Origin: a virus
Direction: 5' to 3' (one strand)
Length of the DNA stretch: 64,000 nucleotides
Virus record (IMG/VR): IMGVR_UViG_3300028423_001099
Location: 22,577-86,576 of that record
The position numbers and the translations under genes were made by a program. Positions 19,326-29,397 of this stretch are shown here, in pieces. Under the pieces are notes generated by a model. That model made no database searches. It saw only the letters and a program-made list of their open reading frames with translations, and was not told the DNA's origin. The first letter of the stretch is position 1, and each line of letters opens with the position of its first letter.

Positions 19326-19619
19326 TTATGCTTGTGTTTCTTCGCTGATCATGTTTTGATACTCAACAGCAGTATTTTCTGCTGTTTCCAAAATGCTGAG
19401 AACATTGCGAGCATCAACGGTCACAGACAGCGTCTCTGCTGTGAGCACATAGGGCATGAGTACCACTTGGTCGTTGTTCAAGCCTACAATTCTAGGGTTT
19501 TGCACGGTGAGCAGATGATTATCGGGATCAATACCAAGCAGTTCTGCAATAATTTCTTCTCCGGTTGCTGTGCGCAGTGTAACTGTCTTGCCCACAAATG
19601 ATTGTGCATAATACATCAC
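19326..19619 (-). CDS. Hypothetical protein (Sm-like fold plausible)
   Basis: VTLRTATGEEIIA motif. Confidence 0.55.
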   Translation of the reverse strand: MMYYAQSFVGKTVTLRTATGEEIIAELLGIDPDNHLLTVQNPRIVGLNNDQVVLMPYVLTAETLSVTVDARNVLSILETAENTAVEYQNMISEETQA

Positions 19620-19885
19620 TGTTGCTCCTCTGTTTGAGATATCAATTTTTCAAGTCCGTCTTTGCCCAGTACGGTAAGTCCACTACAACCATCGGGCACA
19701 TACACACTGTTGTTGATGTATATCTGGGGCACAGTGCGATGACCAGCATCTTTGAGAAACTGCATGCCCTGTTGGTCATTGTTTACATCTATCACTGTGT
19801 ATGTGAAACCCCACTTGTCTAGTTTTTCCATTGCTGATACACAGAACGGACATGTGTGCTTGGTATATAGTTTGAGTACAGTCAT
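19616..19885 (-). CDS. nrdC: Glutaredoxin
   Basis: CPFC and TVPQI motifs; next to nrdB. Confidence 0.88.
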   Translation of the reverse strand: MTVLKLYTKHTCPFCVSAMEKLDKWGFTYTVIDVNNDQQGMQFLKDAGHRTVPQIYINNSVYVPDGCSGLTVLGKDGLEKLISQTEEQQ

Positions 19886-19895
19886 AATTGGGCCT

Positions 19896-21032
19896 TTAGA
19901 GACTGAGTCCTTTGAAAGTGTCATCATCAACATCCTGTTTGGTACCGCCGATCACATAGCTGCTCAGTTCTACTTCTTGTGGAGCAACTTGCACGTCAGA
20001 ACCGGAAATCCATTTCTGTGTCCACGGCAGAGGGTTGCTTCCTGGTGCGCTAAACGGCGGGGTGAGACCCACAGCACGCATGCGCTTAACTGCAATCCAC
20101 TCCACATACTGCTTGAGCAGTTCTGCGTTGAGTCCAATCATTGAACCGTCTTTGAACAGGTATTCCGCCCACTGTTTTTCCTGCTCCATTGCACTCACAA
20201 ACATGTCAATGGCCTCTTGCTCACATTCTGCAGCAATCTTAACAAAGTCCGGATCATCCTGTGGCAACAGTTTGAGCAACTGCTGTGTGCCACCCAAGTG
20301 CAGATTCTCATCTCGGCAGATAAACTTGATAATCTTGGCGTTGCCTTCCATCTTTTTCACTTCTGCAAACGCCCAGCTACAAGCAAAGCTCACATAGAAT
20401 CGAACACCTTCTAGGATATTCACACTCATCATGCACAGATACAACAGTTTCTTGAGTTCATACAAATCGACCACAATCTTTTTGCCATTTACCTTGTGTT
20501 CGCCTTCGCCAAGAAGATTATACCAACTGGCCATTTCGATGAATGCATCATACTTTTCTGAGATGTCCGCGGCACAGTCCACGATCTCCTGAATATTCAT
20601 CATTTCATCAAACACTTTGCTAGGGTCAGAGTACACGTTGCGGATGATGTGTGTGTAGCTGCGACTGTGGATGGTTTCGTTGAAACTCCAGGTCTCAATC
20701 CAAGTTTCCAGCTCTGGCAAGCTGACAACAGGCAGGAAAGCCATGTTGGGAGAACGCCCTTGCACACTATCCAAGAGGATTTGTCGCTTGAGATTAGAGG
20801 TGAAGATGTGCTGTTCATGCTCTGTGAGATCGCGGAAGTCTTTGCTGTCTCGGCTCACATCTACTTCTTCGGGACGCCAAAAGAATCCCAATTGTTTGTC
20901 AGTGATCTTGTCAAACTGACGGTACTTGAGTGTGTCATATCTCTGTATGGTTACACCGCCCTCCTCGTCAAAGAACATTTTGCTTTCTGCGTGGTTGGAT
21001 TTGTTTTGTGAATCGAATACTGATTGTGTCAT
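19896..21032 (-). CDS. nrdB: Class Ia ribonucleotide reductase beta subunit
   Basis: [34 protein letters not shown]. Confidence 0.97.
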   Translation of the reverse strand: MTQSVFDSQNKSNHAESKMFFDEEGGVTIQRYDTLKYRQFDKITDKQLGFFWRPEEVDVSRDSKDFRDLTEHEQHIFTSNLKRQILLDSVQGRSPNMAFLPVVSLPELETWIETWSFNETIHSRSYTHIIRNVYSDPSKVFDEMMNIQEIVDCAADISEKYDAFIEMASWYNLLGEGEHKVNGKKIVVDLYELKKLLYLCMMSVNILEGVRFYVSFACSWAFAEVKKMEGNAKIIKFICRDENLHLGGTQQLLKLLPQDDPDFVKIAAECEQEAIDMFVSAMEQEKQWAEYLFKDGSMIGLNAELLKQYVEWIAVKRMRAVGLTPPFSAPGSNPLPWTQKWISGSDVQVAPQEVELSSYVIGGTKQDVDDDTFKGLSL

Positions 21033-21583
21033 TTTGGTCCTCTGTTTATAAATGTTACGTTGTTGATTAACTCATAGTCTACATCATACAATGGTTTTAC
21101 TCTATCTTTATCTATCATTTGCACAAAATTTCCTGATGTATTTGTGAGCGGCATCCGTTGAAAACCTATGCCGTTGTAATATACATCTATTTCGTGAAAA
21201 ACGTTTTTATTATAATAAAAATACTTAATTTTTTCCGAGTGTGCTCTAATTATTCCGTGTATAAATGCCACTTGCTCCATTAGATGCACATCGGGCTTGT
21301 CAAAGAGTCTGTTAATATAGAAAGAATCAATATATGTGCTTTTTCCGGATAATATGTGAGTATTGAAAGCACTCAAAAACCTTTCTACTGGATCTCTGAG
21401 AATGATTATAATTTCTTCTGGCTCAGAAATTTGATGTAAATTCGAAACAACCCAGTCGTCTCGCTGCCTGCAAATTGTCCTCAATGAACTTGTTCCAACT
21501 TTAGGAATACCTACCAGAAATATATTTTTTTTCTGATTATAAAACCCGTACCCCCTAGGATGTATTCCTTGAATTAAATGCAT
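21029..21583 (-). CDS. Sulfotransferase family 2-like protein
   Basis: IPKVGTSSL and [13 protein letters not shown]-binding motifs; AT-rich. Confidence 0.75.
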   Translation of the reverse strand: MHLIQGIHPRGYGFYNQKKNIFLVGIPKVGTSSLRTICRQRDDWVVSNLHQISEPEEIIIILRDPVERFLSAFNTHILSGKSTYIDSFYINRLFDKPDVHLMEQVAFIHGIIRAHSEKIKYFYYNKNVFHEIDVYYNGIGFQRMPLTNTSGNFVQMIDKDRVKPLYDVDYELINNVTFINRGPK

Positions 21584-21690
21584 TACTACCTTCCAATATT
21601 TTTAATATGTACATTATTATTTAATTTGACCCTTTGTCTTGCATGTTCATATAAAACTAAAACCTAGATCGTCGATCGTATAGATAGGGT

Positions 21691-23988
21691 TCAAAGTTTA
21701 CAGCTCTCACAATCATCGTCGTCGGGTGTCTCGCCTTGTGCCACCGGCTGGTCTTCCACCTGATACTCGCCTTGGCCGTCGTGTGTGTTAAAGTAGTACA
21801 ACTGCTTGCCGCCGTATTTGTAAAATGTCAATATGTCTTTGAGCAGCATGCTCATAGGAATCTTTTCATCTTCGTAGTATGCAGGATTGTATGACGTATT
21901 TACTGAGATACCTTGATCAATGTACTTCTGCAACACTGCACAGATTTTCAAATAACCTTCTGGTGACCTGTGATCCCAGAGCAAATCATACTTGTTTTTG
22001 AGACGGCGATATTCAGGCACTACCTGTTTGAGAACGCCGTGCTTGCTTTGCTTGATGCTCACAAAACTTCTAGGCGGCTCAATGCCGTTGGTGCTATTTG
22101 AGATCTGCGCACTGGTTTCTGCAGGCATCAGTGCCATCAGAGTTGAGTTACGAATACCATGTTCTACCATGCGTTGTCTCAGCTCTTTCCAGGGCATGCG
22201 CTCTTGGTGCTTGACCAGCTCGTCTACGTCTTTCTTGTAGGTTTGATTTGGTGTGATGCCATACTCATATTTGGTTTCGCCGCAGCCCGCACAGCTCTCT
22301 TTTTCTTCAGCTAGGTCCACGCTGGCTTTGATCAAGTAGTAACTCCATGCCTCGGCCCATGTGTCTACCAGTTCTAAGTCGGGGTCTTGATAATTGGTGT
22401 CATGCTTGGCCAACCAGTACGCAAAGTTGATGATACCCACGCCCAGTGGACGACGTTTCTGTGTGCTCTGCTCTGCCGCTTTCACAGGATAGCTCTGATA
22501 GTCCAACAGCGCATCCAGTGCTCTCACTGCCAAGTCACAGGGCTTTTCAAAGTCTTCGGGGTTTTTGATATTGCCCCAGTTGATAGCACTCAGTGTACAC
22601 AGGCTAATCTCACCATCGGGATCGTTGATGTTGTTGAGTGGCTTGGTGGGCAAGTTGATTTCACAGCAGAGATTGCTCATTTTCACAGGCGCCTCGCTTT
22701 CCACAAATGCTCCGTGATTGTTGGCATTGTCAACATTCATCAAGTACACACGACCAGTGTCTTTGCGTTCTTGCACAAAGGCACTGAACAGATCAATGGC
22801 CTTTACTGTTTTCTTGCGCAGTCGTGTGTTGCGCTCTGCTCTTTCATAGAGTTCTTTGAAGCGTTCTTGGTCGGAGAAAAATGCCTCATAGATCTCAGGA
22901 ACATCATGAGGAGAAAACAGTGTGATATCGCCGCCTGAAATCAATCTCTCATACATCAACTTGTTGAACTGCACACCATAGTCTAGATGTCGCACACGGT
23001 TGTCTTCTGTGCCTTTGTTGTTCTTTAGCACCAGCATGTCTTCGATTTCCATGTGCCAGATGGGATAGTACAGTGTGGCTGCACCACCTCTGACACCGCC
23101 CTGGCTACAGCTCTTCACAGCACTCTGGAACATTTTGTAGAATGGAATAACACCAGTGTGTGTGGCATCGCCACTGCGGATAGGAGATCCAATGGCGCGA
23201 ATAGATCCTGCACCGATGCCAATGCCTGCTTTCTGGCTCACATAGTTCACAATAGCACTAGTCGTGGCATTGATGCTGTCCAAACTGTCGTCGGTTTCTA
23301 TGAGCACACAACTTGAGAACTGACGCTGCGGTGTTCGCACACCGGCCATAATAGGAGTAGGCAAACTGATGTCAAAGTTAGAAATGGCGTCATAGTAGTC
23401 TTTGACATACTTCATGCGTGTGTCTGCAGGATAGCGAGCAAACAGAGTAGCAGCAATCAAAATATATGCTACCTGTGGCGTTTCAAAGATTTCTCCGGTG
23501 GTGCGATTTTGTGCTAGGTATTTGCCACGAAACTGCTCCATGGCAGCATATGTGAGATTGAGATCTCGATCATGATCCACAAACTCTTCTAGCTTGTTGA
23601 TTTCGTCGTGTGTGTAAAGCTCTAGAATCTCAGCATCGTAAAAACCCAGTTCGATGTTCTTTTTGATGATGTCAATCAGCCAACTGGGCTCATACTGTCC
23701 ATACACTGTTTTGCGTAGATGATAGTTGATTAGCCTGCCTGCCACATACTGATAGTTTGGTGTTTCTTCTGAGATAAGATCTGCAGCACTCTTGATTAGG
23801 GTTTCTTGAATGTCCGTGCTGGAAATGCCATTGTAAAACTGTAGCTGGCTGCGAATTTCCACTTCACTGGCACTCACACCTGTGATGCCTTCGCATGCAA
23901 AGAACACAACTTTGTGCAGTTTTTCTAGATCTAGTTCTTCTCGAGATCCGTCTCTTTTGGTGACAAAGATAGGCTTGGATTTGGTCAT
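21691..23988 (-). CDS. nrdA: Class Ia ribonucleotide reductase alpha subunit with ATP cone
   Basis: VTKRDG, FSSC, SNLCCEI, MPAETS, LYY, C-terminal CESC. Confidence 0.98.
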   Translation of the reverse strand: MTKSKPIFVTKRDGSREELDLEKLHKVVFFACEGITGVSASEVEIRSQLQFYNGISSTDIQETLIKSAADLISEETPNYQYVAGRLINYHLRKTVYGQYEPSWLIDIIKKNIELGFYDAEILELYTHDEINKLEEFVDHDRDLNLTYAAMEQFRGKYLAQNRTTGEIFETPQVAYILIAATLFARYPADTRMKYVKDYYDAISNFDISLPTPIMAGVRTPQRQFSSCVLIETDDSLDSINATTSAIVNYVSQKAGIGIGAGSIRAIGSPIRSGDATHTGVIPFYKMFQSAVKSCSQGGVRGGAATLYYPIWHMEIEDMLVLKNNKGTEDNRVRHLDYGVQFNKLMYERLISGGDITLFSPHDVPEIYEAFFSDQERFKELYERAERNTRLRKKTVKAIDLFSAFVQERKDTGRVYLMNVDNANNHGAFVESEAPVKMSNLCCEINLPTKPLNNINDPDGEISLCTLSAINWGNIKNPEDFEKPCDLAVRALDALLDYQSYPVKAAEQSTQKRRPLGVGIINFAYWLAKHDTNYQDPDLELVDTWAEAWSYYLIKASVDLAEEKESCAGCGETKYEYGITPNQTYKKDVDELVKHQERMPWKELRQRMVEHGIRNSTLMALMPAETSAQISNSTNGIEPPRSFVSIKQSKHGVLKQVVPEYRRLKNKYDLLWDHRSPEGYLKICAVLQKYIDQGISVNTSYNPAYYEDEKIPMSMLLKDILTFYKYGGKQLYYFNTHDGQGEYQVEDQPVAQGETPDDDDCESCKL

Positions 23989-24032
23989 AGATGGTTCCTG
24001 TGGTGTTTGATTTGTTATAGACGCACTGTAAT

Positions 24033-24061
24033 ATAATACGTGCTTTTACTTATCAGGTCAA
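24033..24061 (-). promoter_or_regulatory. Sigma70-like promoter for nrdA
   Basis: TTGACC-N17-TATTAT. Confidence 0.5.
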
Positions 24062-24495
24062 GAAAAAACTTTATCAGGCGCTATAATATGAGAGTCATAG
24101 AGTGTGCTGTTTTCTTCTAGGTGCTGTGCAGTAACAATTTCGCCGGGCAAAAAATTGTAGCACCTAGCGTTGTCAACCAACACAAGGCCTGTGTCTCCTG
24201 ATGTGTGATTACTTATCACGTCAAAGCGAAGCGTTTCTTGATTTATGAGCTTGAAGTACCACAGAGTAGAAGCAAGCACCAGGCAGACACCACTGTAGCA
24301 GAACATGCCTTCCTGCACAATCTCAAAAACGTTGGGCCAGGATTCAGGTGTATAGAAATCAATATATCTGGGTTTGAGAGGAGCAGTGGAAAAATAATCG
24401 ACAACATCCTGCGGCGCTGCAATGTGTGCACTGTGCCTGAGATCTCGCCAACTTTGTAATCGTTGCTCCCCGGTTTGCCTGGGTGCAAACATCAA
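24058..24495 (-). CDS. Hypothetical protein
   Basis: RL..WR.LR and SWP motifs; follows the tail protein gene. Confidence 0.6.
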   Translation of the reverse strand: MMFAPRQTGEQRLQSWRDLRHSAHIAAPQDVVDYFSTAPLKPRYIDFYTPESWPNVFEIVQEGMFCYSGVCLVLASTLWYFKLINQETLRFDVISNHTSGDTGLVLVDNARCYNFLPGEIVTAQHLEENSTLYDSHIIAPDKVFS

Positions 24496-24500
24496 CTATC

Positions 24501-27500
24501 TCAGCTTGTGCCTGCCCAGCGCCTCAGCACATAACGCAAGGTCAACGTGCTATTTAAATTGTGTGCAATATCTGATATACCACCATTGGGTTCAGGTTGG
24601 CCTTCCAGCTTGACGTTGACGGTTGTGCCGGACATAGATGCACTGAACTTGGGTTCAACTGCTATGTTGGCTTCACTGTCTACATAACTGCTGTATGTGT
24701 CAGTGATAACCACTGCATTGGAGGTTCCAACGTCTGGTCTGGCAGATATCAGCATGGTGCCGGTGCGACTGTATTTGTCTGAGCCTGTGCCAGAGACTTC
24801 GTTGATGCTGTACTCAACAACAAAGTTATTGTAGAGTTCTGTTTCTAGGCCGAACACTGTGCTGTCCACTGTGGCAATGTCGCCGCGTAGTATGGTAGCA
24901 GTCTCCATGCTCAGATAGCTAAGAGTCTTCTGGCCCGAAGACGCAGCATCTGCTGTGAGAATTTCAATGTTGTTTTTGTAATTGACTAAGCCGCGAGCAC
25001 CGCCCAATGCATCTTGTCTGCGATCAAATGCACTGTCGCTGTAGATGTTGTTTACCAGATAATTGAAATTGTTGCACTCTTCTCTGGTGCAAAAAAGTAT
25101 TTCCCCAAAGGTGTCGTCGATCTCCAGCTGATAGTTGCCTAGGTTGCTTACTAGATTGGAGTTGTTGGTGTAGGCATTGCCGCCCAACAACACCTGTTCA
25201 AAGAGATTTACACGTCTGTCAATCAGCATGCTGTTGAGCCACTTCTCTAGCTTGGCTCGCACAGTGTCATCTCTGTCATAGGCCCGCGGTTCCAGTTTGA
25301 GATTGCTGAGTGTGCCCTGTGAATCTTCGAATAGCTCAAACTCAACCCCGCCGATGTCCACGCTGGAGTAACCACTGCGCTGTGTGACCACAACACGGTT
25401 GTCGTTGTTGGGCATCACAAACATTTCAGGAAATATGCTCACTGTGCCCACACTGTTGGCATCCAGCGTGCTGATGCCGGCTGCAGGAATTGATATGTTG
25501 CGATCTTCACTGACAATGTCACTGGCTTCTTGCAGTGTGGTTGCTGATGATAGATCAATGCTGAGAATAGGATCAACTGTGACACCTTCTGCGTTATCTT
25601 GCAGCACAGGACGAACCTTTCCTGTTTCTTGTGTGTTGGACACATTAGCTAGATTGGTAACACTGTCTTCTACAACAATAGTGTCTGTGTCACGCACTAT
25701 GAAGTTGGTGTTTGAATTTTCACCAAAATTTTCACTGAATACCACAACAGCATCAACGCCATTTTTATCTAGACTGTGATTTGGAATCAACACCTGAAAC
25801 GTGTTCGATGAATCGCCTGTTGCATGATTAACAAAGGTTACTGTGGTGTTTGACAAAGCAGAAACATTGGAAAGAGTAAACACATTGCTGGATACATTAA
25901 CAACATCGCCAGAAATATTGCTGTCATGAGTAAACACCGTAACAGTGTCGTTGGGCTGAACTCCGCGCACATCCCCAGTAACTGTGAGCACATTGCTGTT
26001 GGTGTCTAGGTTGGCTTCTGCATTTCTCACAAACACAGCATTTTCAATATCAGGCACTTCTACTTCTACTGTGCCGGTTGCCGGCACACTGCTCACTGGA
26101 TAGTATGCCACTGCCTGTTCAATGTAATGATCATTGCTTGTGGAAATTCTCAGATGATCATATCTGTACCGATCCTGTGGCCCACTGATATTAGCGCCGG
26201 GCACAGAAAACACAGCAAGGTTGTTGTTGAACTCCACAGACGAACCGCTGCTGAAATCTATCTCCACTGTGCTTGGCGTGCTTTCGGGTAAACTGTTTTC
26301 AATTTCGGTGTTTGTAGTGTCTAGCACACTGTCTGAGCGATGCACCAATAAATTGCCTAAGGCTACATTGCTAACATCAGCAGTGCTTTTTGCCAGCACA
26401 GAAATCTGATGTTGGTTGAATGCAATATAACCCAGACCACTGGTATCACTGATTCTCAGTGATTCGGGATCAACTCTGAGAAAATCTTCGATATCATACT
26501 CGCTGTAAAACGACTCTTTGGGGACTGTGCGAGATACGTATTTTTTGTTTGGGTCTTTGCCTGTGATTGGTACACCTTCTAGCGCGCCCAGCACAGCAGT
26601 ATTACTATAGTAATTCAGTGTAACAGTGTCCTGTGCGCTAGGCGCAGTGCGTAGTGTGAGTACATGGCTGCCTGATGTTGACACATTGCTAGCATCAAAC
26701 ACAAAGTCTGCAGTTGGACCAGGTAGATCTTTGACACTGTTGTCGTCAGGAACCAACTGTGTGCCATTTTTCTTGACCACAACATCACCATTGACAAATT
26801 CTCGCTGTGTTTCGTCTGGCCCTGTGTAACTGCTAAACAGGTTGGTTGTGGGATAACGAAAAAATTCCAACTCGGTGCCAGAGTCAATAACAGTGCCTTT
26901 GCCTCCAGCCAAAGTAACACGATAAGTGTTATTGTCAATGCGCTGAGAATTATCTATCCTCACAGGGCCCTCAAGGCCAGGCAAAGCTGAACCGTCGGCT
27001 TGACGAACAAAGTCGCCGTGTACTAAAGTATTGCCTCCGGCAGTGTCCTTGCCCAGTATGCGTGATAAATCAGAAGGCGCGCCTGTGATATTGAACGAAC
27101 TACGCGCGCTGGCACTGTCGTCTTCCACTGTGGCTTTGATGCTAGCAGTGGCATTGACGCCAAACACTGGCTGAGTTGAACTGGTATATCTACAACGCGG
27201 TGATTGTGCGGAATTGATAATACTTCGGCTGGCATCTGGCTGCCAACTTTTGTTCTTCTTGAGGTTGTTGAATTCGCCAGGCGAAAACTTTATAAAAGGC
27301 ACAGTGAAAGCAATTAGCTGATTGTCCACAATGCTCTCTGTGTGGGCGCGAGCATTTAAGGTATTTTCAAAATAGCTGATTGCGCTGTACTGTGAGCTGT
27401 TGGGATGTTGACTGTCAGCGCCTATGTACACCTGGCGACTGTCTGTGGTAAAGCCAACTTCGCCTACCCTCAGAGGTTGTGGTAAATCTTGCTTGAGACC

Positions 27501-27551
27501 TCTGCGATTTTGAATTCTTGCTACAATTGTTCTGTTATTGTCATCTGCCAC
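24501..27551 (-). CDS. Large virion structural protein (tail fibre/baseplate type)
   Basis: N-terminal IQNRRG...L..GEVGF..D...VYIG (Mtd/hyaluronidase-N-like); S/N/T-rich beta content; GATAAATA at 27582-27589. Confidence 0.7.
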   Translation of the reverse strand: MADDNNRTIVARIQNRRGLKQDLPQPLRVGEVGFTTDSRQVYIGADSQHPNSSQYSAISYFENTLNARAHTESIVDNQLIAFTVPFIKFSPGEFNNLKKNKSWQPDASRSIINSAQSPRCRYTSSTQPVFGVNATASIKATVEDDSASARSSFNITGAPSDLSRILGKDTAGGNTLVHGDFVRQADGSALPGLEGPVRIDNSQRIDNNTYRVTLAGGKGTVIDSGTELEFFRYPTTNLFSSYTGPDETQREFVNGDVVVKKNGTQLVPDDNSVKDLPGPTADFVFDASNVSTSGSHVLTLRTAPSAQDTVTLNYYSNTAVLGALEGVPITGKDPNKKYVSRTVPKESFYSEYDIEDFLRVDPESLRISDTSGLGYIAFNQHQISVLAKSTADVSNVALGNLLVHRSDSVLDTTNTEIENSLPESTPSTVEIDFSSGSSVEFNNNLAVFSVPGANISGPQDRYRYDHLRISTSNDHYIEQAVAYYPVSSVPATGTVEVEVPDIENAVFVRNAEANLDTNSNVLTVTGDVRGVQPNDTVTVFTHDSNISGDVVNVSSNVFTLSNVSALSNTTVTFVNHATGDSSNTFQVLIPNHSLDKNGVDAVVVFSENFGENSNTNFIVRDTDTIVVEDSVTNLANVSNTQETGKVRPVLQDNAEGVTVDPILSIDLSSATTLQEASDIVSEDRNISIPAAGISTLDANSVGTVSIFPEMFVMPNNDNRVVVTQRSGYSSVDIGGVEFELFEDSQGTLSNLKLEPRAYDRDDTVRAKLEKWLNSMLIDRRVNLFEQVLLGGNAYTNNSNLVSNLGNYQLEIDDTFGEILFCTREECNNFNYLVNNIYSDSAFDRRQDALGGARGLVNYKNNIEILTADAASSGQKTLSYLSMETATILRGDIATVDSTVFGLETELYNNFVVEYSINEVSGTGSDKYSRTGTMLISARPDVGTSNAVVITDTYSSYVDSEANIAVEPKFSASMSGTTVNVKLEGQPEPNGGISDIAHNLNSTLTLRYVLRRWAGTS

Positions 27552-27592
27552 TGTTATATCTCCGCTAGGCGCATATAACAGTATTTATCACT

Positions 27593-27988
27593 TTAGTGTT
27601 TCTTCTTGTGATAGCTGCCGTAGATACAGTGTAGCATTTCGTGCCCTAGTGTGAGAGTATAAGAATCATCTACTCTCGTTGGACGTACAATGTGTATTTC
27701 ACAGGTATATGACTCGTTGTTGGGCTTGCCGCTGGGGAATTCATACCATACAGCAAAACCCTGAAGGCCTGTTAGATCATGTGAAATAGATAGATCGTGG
27801 ACATCTCTATAGGCGTTGTGCATGTCTCTGAGACGATCATGAACATTGACACGGGTTTCTACCACTGTGCCACTGCGATCAAAAGTGGGTTCTACCCTCT
27901 CGCCGTTTTCACAGCTATTGAGCAAAAGTGCTGTGGCTACTATTACTAGAGCAAAAAGCACTCCGCCGAAGCGTTCAATTATTTTCAT
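27593..27988 (-). CDS. Lipoprotein with HExxH motif
   Basis: Signal peptide with lipobox LNSC; GHEMLH. Confidence 0.65.
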   Translation of the reverse strand: MKIIERFGGVLFALVIVATALLLNSCENGERVEPTFDRSGTVVETRVNVHDRLRDMHNAYRDVHDLSISHDLTGLQGFAVWYEFPSGKPNNESYTCEIHIVRPTRVDDSYTLTLGHEMLHCIYGSYHKKKH

Positions 27989-28016
27989 GTGAGTTCTCCG
28001 CTAAACAGTTTCACAG

Positions 28017-28694
28017 CTATTTAGCATGTTTGCGGTAATACTCAGCAACTCGCTCAGACCATAGCTCACAGTATCGAGGAAACTCTTCGTGATCCACCAC
28101 AAAGTCCTGGTAGTTGCCGTCGCGGTCAACCATGAGAATAGCAATCTGTGCTATCTCTGTGCCAAACATCTCGTTGTGTGCCAGAGCATAGGCAGCACCT
28201 TGCATAAAATAATCCTCAATCCACTCACGCTTCTTGATCTTTCGTGCTGTCTTGAAGTCAATGATGCTGTCAACACCACGGTAAACGCCTACACCGTCTG
28301 CGGTTCCTGCATAGAGACCATCTGCAATAAGCCCAACTTCTGTGCCCCAAAGCTCGTCTACTTTGGTCAAGCCCTGGTCGACCATCTCAGAGACCATTTT
28401 CTTTGCCATAGTGCTTATCAAATTGGTGCCTGTGATTTCCCAGTCCTCACCCAAGATATATTTTTCCAAACTGTTGTGAACTTTGGTGCCCAGATTAGCA
28501 CTCTCTGTGCTGATACGCTGTGCTTCGGCTTCTCCTACACGCTTCCGCCAGGCATCTAAACCGCTTTTATCACCGGTCTTGCTGAGTATGGTGGTAACAC
28601 TGGGCACAGGATCGTGCTGATCGTCACAGTACTGTCTGCCAGCATTTGTTTGTATTCTGCGAAGTTCGGGGTATTGATATTTTTCGATTAACAT
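28017..28694 (-). CDS. PD-(D/E)xK exonuclease
   Basis: PSVTTIL, GT.VH, AGTAD, IIDFKT, Q..AYA. Confidence 0.85.
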   Translation of the reverse strand: MLIEKYQYPELRRIQTNAGRQYCDDQHDPVPSVTTILSKTGDKSGLDAWRKRVGEAEAQRISTESANLGTKVHNSLEKYILGEDWEITGTNLISTMAKKMVSEMVDQGLTKVDELWGTEVGLIADGLYAGTADGVGVYRGVDSIIDFKTARKIKKREWIEDYFMQGAAYALAHNEMFGTEIAQIAILMVDRDGNYQDFVVDHEEFPRYCELWSERVAEYYRKHAK

Positions 28695-28702
28695 AGCTTA
28701 CT

Positions 28703-28731
28703 ATGCTAGCACGCATCAAGTGTGCTGTCAA
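28703..28731 (-). promoter_or_regulatory. Sigma70-like promoter
   Basis: TTGACA-N17-TAGCAT, 8 nt before the ATG. Confidence 0.55.
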
Positions 28732-28734
28732 TGA

Positions 28735-29055
28735 TTACCAGCTGATGTTCCAGGCCAAAGTCATTGGATTTGAAGGGTTTTCTGTGATGCTAACGCCATA
28801 ACCTAGGTCAGTGAAGTACTTGCTCACGTAGTCTAGTTGGTCTACCAGTGTGCGATTATCAGTGATACCCATATAGGCCTTGTAGTACACATTGCTGTCG
28901 GTAACAGGCGTACCTGAGGTTATATTGGCATATAACACACCAGCATCAATGTTGGCCAGCACAGCAGTCTCAATGCTACGCACTTCACTGTGTATCACGC
29001 TATTGTTGCGTGTGTCTTGCCTTGCGGTGTGTGCGTTTGTAAAAATTGTTGCCAT
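28735..29055 (-). CDS. Hypothetical, likely structural protein
   Basis: 106-aa ORF ending WNISW in the late block. Confidence 0.55.
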   Translation of the reverse strand: MATIFTNAHTARQDTRNNSVIHSEVRSIETAVLANIDAGVLYANITSGTPVTDSNVYYKAYMGITDNRTLVDQLDYVSKYFTDLGYGVSITENPSNPMTLAWNISW

Positions 29056-29397
29056 TTATAACTCGTCAGATATATCACTGCTTGCTTGATCTTGTGCCAT
29101 GCTGGAGACGTCTACTTCGTCGCCGGTGTTGGTTGTTGACAGCGACATGTCATCTGGCAACTCGTCGCCAGGAACAATTGTTTCACGATCAACACTGCTG
29201 GCATATCCGCTTTGGTCCACTGCTTGTATCAGTTCTTGGATGGTTGTTACATATCCTTCTTGTGCAAGCAACTGTTGAAATTTTTCTGTCTGGATATTGT
29301 CGATGTCTTTGGCAATTAGCACAGAAAGCAGGTTACGAACCACTTCCACGAGTTCGTTCACATAGCTTTCTGTGATGACAATATCACGTATCAGCAT
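29056..29397 (-). CDS. Acidic hypothetical protein with capsid-targeting-like leader
   Basis: MLIRDIVITE-S. Confidence 0.6.
   Translation of the reverse strand: MLIRDIVITESYVNELVEVVRNLLSVLIAKDIDNIQTEKFQQLLAQEGYVTTIQELIQAVDQSGYASSVDRETIVPGDELPDDMSLSTTNTGDEVDVSSMAQDQASSDISDEL

Noticed and set aside
19896-23988. Introns or inteins in nrdA/nrdB (also helicase, uvsX)
   Set aside because: The ORFs are continuous and of normal length, with no splicing motifs.
28017-28694. Cas4/CRISPR adaptation gene
   Set aside because: Lacks the Fe-S cysteine set and any CRISPR context; a common phage exonuclease.
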